A stretch of 32,960 bases of DNA from a virus. Positions within the stretch are counted from its first letter, which is position 1, and each line of letters starts with the position of its first letter. The notes below the pieces were generated by a model, which had not been told where the DNA came from, did not search any database, and saw only the letters and a list, made by a program, of their open reading frames with translations. Location: the IMG/VR virus record IMGVR_UViG_3300045988_088052. The stretch is one strand, 5' to 3'. The position numbers were made by a program, and so were the translations under genes. Below are positions 14,411 through 21,837 of this stretch, piece after piece.

Positions 14411-14451
14411 AAAAAAGCATGAAAAACTCACTTTCGGAACAAAAGTGAGTT
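14411..14451 (-). terminator. Rho-independent terminator of the lysis operon
   Basis: On the minus strand, AACTCACTTT-TGTTCCG-AAAGTGAGTT forms a 10-bp stem, followed by TTTTCATGCTTTTTT. It lies directly downstream of the amidase stop. Confidence 0.65.
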
Positions 14452-14461
14452 GCAAAGTGAG

Positions 14462-15163
14462 TTATTTTGCCACCGTATCGTACTGCTCAATAGCTGCCAA
14501 AATTCTCCCGCGCAGCGCCTGCGCACTGGCGTGTTCGGTTCTGTATTTTTCTTTGATGTCTTCCAGCTCGGCAAGAAGTTTGTCATAGTCGGTCTGCGGC
14601 TTTTCTTCCTCTTTGTAGGTCACGCCGAACCAGTCGCATACACCTTTGCAGAGTGCCTCGGCGATGCGCTGCTTGTTTTGCACAATCCAAATGGCATCCT
14701 GCCCATTGTCATGGAATGCGATTTCGGGATAGATCGACAGCATGGGAGTTCTGCCGATCTCGTAAAACTCGTCCTTCTGATAGACCCCTCGGTGGGTGTT
14801 TCGGGGGTAAATCTCCATCAGCCTGCGGTAGACCATCTGACAGGCCCGGTCGCTGATGCCTCCGGCTCTGCCGTAGCGCAGGACAGTCGGTCCCTGTGCA
14901 GTCCCTTCTTTCAAGGTGGCCGTGCTTGCATTGGTATGGATGGGCATGTGGAGGTTGGATTTCCAAGCGATGCTTTCCGCTACTCGCTCCTGCATCGTTT
15001 TGTCGGGGGATGCGACCATCACATCAAACCCGCAGCGAGTGAGAGCCTCGGCGCAATAAGCGCCGATCTCTACACACACATCATGCTCGTACACGCCAGG
15101 AAAGCCGTAGTACGGAGCATGGGGAGCCGGTCTGCGTTCGGGGGAAAGATACACTTTAGGCAT
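14462..15163 (-). CDS. N-acetylmuramoyl-L-alanine amidase (endolysin)
   Basis: The pattern resembles Amidase_3: YLSPE...VCVEIG...LHMPIHTNAS...IYPEIAFHDN. It lies downstream of the holin. GAGGAGGTGG RBS. Confidence 0.8.
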   Translation of the reverse strand: MPKVYLSPERRPAPHAPYYGFPGVYEHDVCVEIGAYCAEALTRCGFDVMVASPDKTMQERVAESIAWKSNLHMPIHTNASTATLKEGTAQGPTVLRYGRAGGISDRACQMVYRRLMEIYPRNTHRGVYQKDEFYEIGRTPMLSIYPEIAFHDNGQDAIWIVQNKQRIAEALCKGVCDWFGVTYKEEEKPQTDYDKLLAELEDIKEKYRTEHASAQALRGRILAAIEQYDTVAK

Positions 15164-15482
15164 CTTTCACCACCTCCTCAAGAGGAAATTCCTCCTCTTT
15201 GACCTTTTTCACCATGCCGGTGGTGGCTGCGTCATATGTACCATTAGCAGCCAAAGCGACAATAACAGCGTTCAGCAGGCACAGCACCACGCCCTGTACC
15301 GTCAGAGCAGAGCCGTTAAAGGCTTCGGCTCCGATGAGGATGGCCACAGAGATGATGTAAGCAAGCAGCTGGGTGTTGATGTCCCGCAGGGGGGTCTGCT
15401 TGAGGAACTGGGTAATGATTGTGACCATCATTACAGCGCCAGCATAGGTACCAAGGGTCTGCCAAGTTACAAATTCGTTCAT
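15156..15482 (-). CDS. Holin
   Basis: The 108-aa protein has 2-3 hydrophobic helices and a charged C-terminus. It overlaps the endolysin start. Confidence 0.65.
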   Translation of the reverse strand: MNEFVTWQTLGTYAGAVMMVTIITQFLKQTPLRDINTQLLAYIISVAILIGAEAFNGSALTVQGVVLCLLNAVIVALAANGTYDAATTGMVKKVKEEEFPLEEVVKDA

Positions 15483-15494
15483 TTTATGTCCTCC

Positions 15495-15887
15495 TTAAAG
15501 GAATTTGAGTTCGCCACGAATACAGCGGTCGTGGACGCTCTTAATGTTGCGGATCGCTGCATCCGCTTTGGAATTGATGTAGACATCTTCGTGCTCCACA
15601 CAGTACTCTGTGTAGTTGTCGATATCCTCCAGCACATTGTTGAAGGATTCTTCGCTGTGGTTCGCCCCACGGCGCAGCTCGTCCGAAAAGCGCAGGATGC
15701 GGATACGGCACATATCTGTCCGGTAGCGTTCGTCAGAATCAATATGCTGTTGCAGCTTATTGTCCAAGGCTGCCATACCGGAGATAATCTGATCCTGCTT
15801 GTCCTGCTTGCGGTCAATACGATGCAGCAGCCAGCTAATGACGGTAGCCAATGCGCCGGAGCCGAGGAGGGCCAGTGCAATTTCCAT
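15495..15887 (-). CDS. Membrane-anchored lysis-cassette protein of unknown function
   Basis: An N-terminal transmembrane helix (MEIALALLGSGALATVISWLL) is followed by a helical cytoplasmic domain. The gene is immediately upstream of the holin. Confidence 0.55.
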   Translation of the reverse strand: MEIALALLGSGALATVISWLLHRIDRKQDKQDQIISGMAALDNKLQQHIDSDERYRTDMCRIRILRFSDELRRGANHSEESFNNVLEDIDNYTEYCVEHEDVYINSKADAAIRNIKSVHDRCIRGELKFL

Positions 15888-15890
15888 GGG

Positions 15891-16325
15891 TTATGCCTCC
15901 TCAAAATACTGGCCTATAAGCTCATGCGGCAGGTAATACAGCACGATGGTGCCGGTCTCATTCAAACGCTTGCAGAGGTAGGTTTTGCTGTCCTCCGGGT
16001 CGAGGTAGTACTTTCCGTACTCGTACTCCATGCCCCTCGATGCCTGGATGGGGTCATCAATCGTTCCGGGAGAACTGGTGTTGACGACTACCCACAGGGC
16101 AGGAACAGCCGGGGGTTCCCAGTCTGCTTGCGAGGTGTGCGCCTGCAAGCACTTGTATACCTTGCCATCGTGTCGTCTGCGGTCACCCACCGCATACTTG
16201 GTATCAACTTCCCATGGTAGGAACAGCATGGGGTTCTTTGCTGCATCAGCGTCCGCCATGGCGCCGGTCACGCTGTCAATGCTCGTCCGGATTTCCTGCG
16301 CCTGCTTCAAGATATCATCCCGCAT
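15891..16325 (-). CDS. CBM5/12-like carbohydrate-binding protein (tail/lysis accessory)
   Basis: YAVGDRRRHDGKVYKCLQAHTSQADWEPPAVPALW matches the chitin-binding-type Y-x-GD...GK-Y-x-C...W-x-P...LW pattern. Confidence 0.5.
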   Translation of the reverse strand: MRDDILKQAQEIRTSIDSVTGAMADADAAKNPMLFLPWEVDTKYAVGDRRRHDGKVYKCLQAHTSQADWEPPAVPALWVVVNTSSPGTIDDPIQASRGMEYEYGKYYLDPEDSKTYLCKRLNETGTIVLYYLPHELIGQYFEEA

Positions 16326-16326
16326 T

Positions 16327-16446
16327 AGATGTTTCCTCCTTTTCTTCGGTTTCTACGCCAAGGGTTTGCAGAGCTGCTTTTAGCTGTTCCAACTCTGCTT
16401 CCTGCTTTGCTTTTACTTCTTTGGCTTTTTCGGTATAATAACCCAT
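16327..16446 (-). CDS. Hypothetical 39-aa coiled-coil peptide
   Basis: Hand translation gives MGYYTEKAKEVKAKQEAELEQLKAALQTLGVETEEKEETSNAG. Overlaps occur at both ends (TAATG upstream; the 3' end overlaps the next ATG). Confidence 0.35.
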
Positions 16447-17735
16447 TAAGTCACCCCCATAATATTAAGAGCATTAAGTGTATCAAGGATATAACTTTCG
16501 CCAGAAAGTGTTTTCCACTGATTTGTAGTTGTATCGTAAATATAAGCATTTGTGAGTTGGGCGATGTTGTTTGAATCTCCGATGTAAGCGTTTCGTAAGT
16601 AGGCTTCAAATTCGGATTTTTGACCTTTTACGACTGTGAATGGATTGTCAAAACCAAAGTCTGCTTGTAGAAATAAATGATTTTGTTGCAAAACAGTCGA
16701 TTGTGTAAATGTTTCTACTGAAGAAACTCCAGAACCACCAAGAAGATAAAATTTATCACCAACAAATCCACAGCAAGCTGATACTCTACTTGCGTGCAAT
16801 TCAGACTCAAGCACGTCAACGGCCAAGTTATCTAAATTTACACGAATTATCTTTTTTTGATACTGAGTAGAATCTATATTTCCAAAGATATATGCATAGC
16901 TACCGATTCTACAGCACCTATTTGCTTGGTTCACCATATAAGGTAGTACATTGTTATTCTGAGTATATTCTTGTGTATCGACATCAAATGTCTGTATAGA
17001 CTTCCGTGGGTCAAATGAGACTCTTGTTGTGCCTCCAAATACATAAACTTTGCTTCCTACTGCAACACAAGCTGCATTATAGGTTCCTTGAGCTTGTACT
17101 GGCATATTTCCATGATAAGTAAATTTTTCTGTTGTTACATCGAAAACTGATACAGTAGCAGAGTTTGTACTTCCAATAAATGAGCCAACAAGAAATATTT
17201 TATTGCCACTAACACAGCCACTTGAAAAATAGTATACTTGCGAACCGGGAAAGGGATAAGAAACATTTCTTAGTGTAGTTTTTTCTCCTGTTTCCAAATC
17301 AAACTTATCTACATACTCGGAATCTGCTCCAACATTATGATTAAAAGTATATATGTATTTGCCAACAGTAAATGCGAGTACATAATATTGGTAAACCAGG
17401 TCTGAATAAAAAGTCGTTTTTTCTCCCGTTGTTACATCATATCTATATATATCATTTTGCTGGCTACCTGTATATGGACAAACAGAATAAATATAATTAC
17501 CGTATGAACACATTTGCGGGTAGTCATTTCTAAGCTGAGAAAAACCAACTGTCCAATTCTTTGTCTCCGTGTATTCATTTCCATAATTCAAAACAGGACT
17601 GCATTTCACGAAGTCTGGCTTACTTACCAACGGAACCCATAGTTTGCTTGTATCTACGGGAGGGGTGGAACCAAAGTCAATGTTCAAATCAGCTCCACCA
17701 CCACCCAATGTAATAGGATTTCCTAAAATACTCAT
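16446..17735 (-). CDS. Receptor-binding tail fibre, Kelch-like beta-propeller (paralog 1)
   Basis: About six blade motifs are visible (KVYVFGGTT, KFYLLGGSG, YAYIFGN, KIFLVGS, YIYTF, YIYSV). The N- and C-termini are shared with paralog 2. The ATG at 17735 gives MSILGNPI, parallel to paralog 2. The ORF track used GTG at 17741. Confidence 0.7.
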   Translation of the reverse strand: MSILGNPITLGGGGADLNIDFGSTPPVDTSKLWVPLVSKPDFVKCSPVLNYGNEYTETKNWTVGFSQLRNDYPQMCSYGNYIYSVCPYTGSQQNDIYRYDVTTGEKTTFYSDLVYQYYVLAFTVGKYIYTFNHNVGADSEYVDKFDLETGEKTTLRNVSYPFPGSQVYYFSSGCVSGNKIFLVGSFIGSTNSATVSVFDVTTEKFTYHGNMPVQAQGTYNAACVAVGSKVYVFGGTTRVSFDPRKSIQTFDVDTQEYTQNNNVLPYMVNQANRCCRIGSYAYIFGNIDSTQYQKKIIRVNLDNLAVDVLESELHASRVSACCGFVGDKFYLLGGSGVSSVETFTQSTVLQQNHLFLQADFGFDNPFTVVKGQKSEFEAYLRNAYIGDSNNIAQLTNAYIYDTTTNQWKTLSGESYILDTLNALNIMGVT

Positions 17736-17759
17736 ATTCACCCTTTCCGGGGTGAGTAT

Positions 17760-19129
17760 TTAGTTCACCCCTAATATATTTAGTGCGTTCTGCATATCCG
17801 CTACATAGCTTTCACCGGAGAGGGATTTCCATTTGAGGTCTTTGCTGTCGTAGAGATATGCGTTTGTTAATTGTGCTATATTGTTACTGTCCCCAAGATA
17901 GGCATTGATTACCTTAACCTTTAAGTCTGTATCTTTGGATTTAAGCGCCGTCCACAGTCCATCGTAGCCATAGTCTTCTTGCAAGAACAGGTGGTTGTTA
18001 GTAAGGGGAGTTTCAACGACAAATTTCGCTGTATATGGAACTTTTGCAACCATATAACTCCCACTTTTCGATGCATTATTAGGAGCGCATATTATATACT
18101 TTGCTTCGTTTATTTTATAAAATAATGCCCATATACTAACTTGCGGAAGAACAGTAGAAAGCTGCGTAAATTGATTTGTAGCTGTGTCAAATTTATAAAT
18201 AGTATTTATTTGCGAATCGGGAATGTCATTATTAAAATCTGTTGAAGAGCCACCAAAACAATAAATGTATCTGCCATAAGATATGCAGGTCATCCCAGCA
18301 ACATTAACAGGATATGTTGTTACAGATACACATGTATCATTTGAAATATCATAAGCATACACACCATTTTTAGGAGAATATTGTTGTGCTCCTCCCATTA
18401 TGTATATCTTCGAACCAACAACACATGTCGTAAACATCTTTCCCGGTATTGGAATTTTTGCATTTGATATCAATGCAGAGTTCGTATTTAAGTCAACTAT
18501 TTTAATTGAGTTGGTTGTGTTAGCGTAAGATATGCGTATTCCACCAAACAGGTACAATTTATTATTGGCGTATTCCATCGCCATATAGTTAATTTCTGAA
18601 GCGCCTAACGAAGAGTCGAAAGGCAGAGAACAAATTTTTTCTGCTGTTTTTGTAGTTAAATTGCTTTTAATTATAGAATTACTATAACCCGTTCCCGAAA
18701 TTGATGTGGAATTTATCGCACAATAAACAATGTTCCCGTGTTGACAAAAAGAATAGCGGCCTGCGTTTGATGAAGACCCATCGTGACCTAAAACAGAATT
18801 CATTGTTACTTGGTCAACAACATTCGTTTCAATATTCAATCTTTTTAATGCTGTACCGGAATACCCCCAATACAAATAATTTTCATACTGAAATGAAGAA
18901 GACCAGCTGCCACGTGCGCTTGCAAATTCATTGCCAGTTCCAATCTCAGAATAATTACTTAAATACTCACTTCCAAATGCCAATTCTGGCTTACACTCAA
19001 CAGCATCAGGCTTTTTCTCCAAAGGCACCCATAGTTTAGTTGTGTCTGTCGGAGGGGTAGAACCGTAATCAATGTTGAGTTTTACCCCCCCCCGTTGGTA
19101 ATTATTGGATTGCCATAGATGATGCTCAT
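17760..19129 (-). pseudogene. Receptor-binding tail fibre, Kelch-like beta-propeller (paralog 2), interrupted by a G9 tract
   Basis: The ATG at 19129 overlaps the upstream stop (ATGA) and encodes MSIIYGNPIITNGGG, then a stop. The rest (VKLNIDYGSTPPTDTTKLWVPLEKKPD..., 17760..19085) is in the -1 frame. One extra G or a -1 slip restores a 455-aa protein colinear with paralog 1. Confidence 0.7.
19085..19093. repeat. Homopolymer G9 (C9 on the plus strand) at the frame break
   Basis: Counted directly: C at 19085..19093. Confidence 0.95.
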
Positions 19130-19998
19130 GCGGTTACCTCCGTTATCGTTACCTGTACCGCCATATCCGCATTGGGCTTTTCGCCCATTGCTTTGGCGGT
19201 AAGGGTACCATTGTTGTTCTCAATCCAAAGGGCAGATGTGCCGCTGTCTATGATAACGCCAAGAGCGGTTGCGTCCATCTGGATATCCACCTTGCTGTTG
19301 GCCGTAGTTCCAAGCCCGCTGATGGTTTGGCTGTACGGACTTTCGGAGCCGAGCCAAGATGCCGCAGGAAGCGAAAGCTGCTTAATAACAACCGCACGGT
19401 TTATCTTGTACTCCATCTTTCCGATGGCCTGCGTTACCGTGTCTGTTGTGGTTACATTCTGCCGGGAGGTTGCCTGCTTGTAGCCGGGGATTTTGATTTG
19501 GCTGCCGGTGTAATCGCCGGTTTGCGGTGTCACCGCTCCGGTGCGGCCGTTAAAGCTCGCAACAGTACCGGGGCTGATGGTGTGCGCTACATACTGCAAA
19601 TCGGAGATCATTGTGGGCTGGGCTGTGTAAGTGGCTATCGGCAGCTGGTACACAGTACCGCTTGCATTGATATCCTCCTGCACAAGTGCCGGAAGCGGAT
19701 CGGCTGCCTGCGTCACAAAAGCAATCGGCGCTTCGGTGTTTGCCATGTCAATTTGGATAAGCAATCTTCCGGGGACGGAACCGCTGGTCGGAAGCGTCGC
19801 ATTGATCGTCTGGGCTTCCACGACAAAGTTTCGGCCGAGGATTATACCACGGCCATCGGAAACATTGATGATGTTACCGCCCTGTGTAGTTACCTCAACG
19901 CCAGTAAAGATCCCGCTGTCGTTGATAATGTGATTGTATAGATACGCATCATCAGTCGGCGTGACGATGGATGCGTTATACTGGAGCAGCGTTATCAT
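19126..19998 (-). CDS. Tail fibre / baseplate-associated protein (290 aa)
   Basis: The call rests on position, between the Tal-like protein and the receptor-binding genes. The protein is Thr/Gly/Ala-rich and looks beta-rich. ATGA coupling occurs at both ends. Confidence 0.5.
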   Translation of the reverse strand: MITLLQYNASIVTPTDDAYLYNHIINDSGIFTGVEVTTQGGNIINVSDGRGIILGRNFVVEAQTINATLPTSGSVPGRLLIQIDMANTEAPIAFVTQAADPLPALVQEDINASGTVYQLPIATYTAQPTMISDLQYVAHTISPGTVASFNGRTGAVTPQTGDYTGSQIKIPGYKQATSRQNVTTTDTVTQAIGKMEYKINRAVVIKQLSLPAASWLGSESPYSQTISGLGTTANSKVDIQMDATALGVIIDSGTSALWIENNNGTLTAKAMGEKPNADMAVQVTITEVTA

Positions 19999-21050
19999 GC
20001 GTTTGCCCTCCTTTCAAGGATCAAAATTTTGGTAAGGTCGGCACGGACAACGCCGAAGGTCATTTTTGTAACATCCTGCGACCTTGCATAGCCGGTAAGG
20101 ATAGATTTGTAACTACTGTCGCCATCAATGACCAAAACCTCTGTGCCGATGGCCATTGAGGTATCAAGTACGCCACAGTCGTTTCGGGCAGTCAGCTCGA
20201 TCATGTTGTCATACTTTTGCGGGCTTAACGCTTCGTAAGCCTTTTTGTATGCAGCAGATTCAAAATTGATATCCGTTTCCAAAAACTGCGCCGCAAAAAA
20301 CACAGGTGTAATTCTGTCCGTGTTGTTTGTGTCGACATTGCCGTTAGGATGTAGATAGTAGGTTATGCGCTGCGTCTCATCGGCCTTGTTGTAGATGGTT
20401 ACCTTGTTCAGCTGGCCTGTGCTGTCGCCGATGATGATGTTTTTGTCAACGATAGCCTGTAGGTTTGTTTCTATGACAGCAGTCTCGCTGACCTTGCCCA
20501 CCTTAACAGAGATTGTCTTTTTCTGCGGGTCAAAGCTCATGTTGACAGCTACGCCATAAGCCGTCAGCGATTTCGTGATGATTTCGTAAAAGCTGTGGAT
20601 GTTGTCCTTTAGATTGAGCGCCCCGGTCGTTTCGGAGGTCGTTTCCACCGTCATACCGGATATGTTTTGCAAAGCATCTCCAGAAGAAACAAAGTTATCT
20701 CGGATGATTGAAGCAATAAAAGGCTCGATCTTTGCAGAGGTCGTGCGATCGAAATATACCTCGGTGTCAAAAAGCGACATAAGAGGCTGCGCCGAAATCG
20801 TTACGCCCGTTTTATCTGTTTCCACATCGTCAACGATTCCCTGATAAGCTACATTCCCGTTTTGGTCTGTAACGCTTATAAAGTCGCCCTTTTTTGCATC
20901 CAGCTTTACAGCCCGGAGAGTAGTTTTTTCTACGGTCAGGTAGTCAAACTGTATCTCCGGGCTTTCAATCGGAGCAAAACTTCGGAATGTGAAATCCCTT
21001 GCGAATACTTCGCACTTAAACAGAGTATGCAAGTTTCTCCACCTCCACAT
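19995..21050 (-). CDS. Tail-tip (Tal-position) protein, siphovirus Gp37-like
   Basis: The 351-aa gene lies directly after Dit. The call rests on position and general resemblance. An alternative TTG start is at 21035. Confidence 0.5.
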   Translation of the reverse strand: MWRWRNLHTLFKCEVFARDFTFRSFAPIESPEIQFDYLTVEKTTLRAVKLDAKKGDFISVTDQNGNVAYQGIVDDVETDKTGVTISAQPLMSLFDTEVYFDRTTSAKIEPFIASIIRDNFVSSGDALQNISGMTVETTSETTGALNLKDNIHSFYEIITKSLTAYGVAVNMSFDPQKKTISVKVGKVSETAVIETNLQAIVDKNIIIGDSTGQLNKVTIYNKADETQRITYYLHPNGNVDTNNTDRITPVFFAAQFLETDINFESAAYKKAYEALSPQKYDNMIELTARNDCGVLDTSMAIGTEVLVIDGDSSYKSILTGYARSQDVTKMTFGVVRADLTKILILERRANA

Positions 21051-21837
21051 ATGCTACGATATCCGATGTGCCGTCGTGCGAAAATGTCAAAGTGCTTTCT
21101 CCCGGCGGAGCATAGATAAATCTTCCGGTCGAAAAGTCGCTGGACTGGTACAGGTTTTGGATGTATGTCCCGTCGAGCGCATACTCTGCGATCTCCATTG
21201 TTGCAGGGTCAGCATCAACAACGAGTTTGTGTCCGTCAGGGATTGTTGCGGTTACTTTTCCGACCGCTACACGGGTACCGGCCTTGATAAGCGCCCAAGC
21301 AGGATTGACGACCGGGCCGAAGATTTGCAGTTTGCACGGTGATGCCAAATCCCCGTTTCTTATTTTTGCAGTTCCTGTTGCTGTTTCTGCGTAGTAATAA
21401 GGATAAGTGTAACTGTACCTTTTAATTCCTTGGTCTGGCGCTTGACTTTGTGTTACCTTAACAGCTTCGTGCCAAGTCCCGAAGCAGAGGAATGTAATCG
21501 GTACTGCCAAATAGCCGGATTTCAGTTCCGACTTATCCGCAGACTGCACTTCACACTTGATTTTGTACCATGTGTCCAGCGGGGAATACATCAGGTAAAG
21601 CGGGCCTTTTGTCACGAACGAAATAAACGCCTGATACCGGGAATAGTCGAAGAATATCATTTCGCCTGTCACGGCATACTGGTTAAGGAATTCATCCGAT
21701 ACCAGCCATGCGCTTCCGGCTTGGATGGTGGAGTAGGTTTTGCCAAAGCCTAATCCACCTGGCGCATTGAAGTACGCCGTTTTGTCCATCAAATCCCATT
21801 CGGCGCCGACACCGTTCTTGAGCTTAAATTTTCTCAT
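21016..21837 (-). CDS. Distal tail protein (Dit)
   Basis: The 273-aa gene follows the tape measure directly with an ATGA overlap, which is the typical position and size. Confidence 0.65.
   Translation of the reverse strand: MRKFKLKNGVGAEWDLMDKTAYFNAPGGLGFGKTYSTIQAGSAWLVSDEFLNQYAVTGEMIFFDYSRYQAFISFVTKGPLYLMYSPLDTWYKIKCEVQSADKSELKSGYLAVPITFLCFGTWHEAVKVTQSQAPDQGIKRYSYTYPYYYAETATGTAKIRNGDLASPCKLQIFGPVVNPAWALIKAGTRVAVGKVTATIPDGHKLVVDADPATMEIAEYALDGTYIQNLYQSSDFSTGRFIYAPPGESTLTFSHDGTSDIVAYVEVEKLAYSV

Noticed and set aside
14252-14455. 67-aa minus-strand ORF in the int-amidase spacer
   Set aside because: It runs through the tRNA fragment and two terminator hairpins. This region is better explained as attP.
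14450-15202. 250-aa plus-strand ORF
   Set aside because: It is antisense to the amidase/holin junction. The amidase frame has catalytic motifs and an RBS.
15479-15904. 141-aa ORF overlapping 15495..15887 in another frame (also 15486..16220 on the plus strand)
   Set aside because: The competing frame has a clean ATG, a transmembrane helix and tight spacing to the holin. These alternatives have no RBS and an odd composition.
16446-19129. A diversity-generating retroelement acting on the receptor-binding genes
   Set aside because: No reverse transcriptase ORF and no template/variable repeat pair is visible anywhere in the 33 kb.
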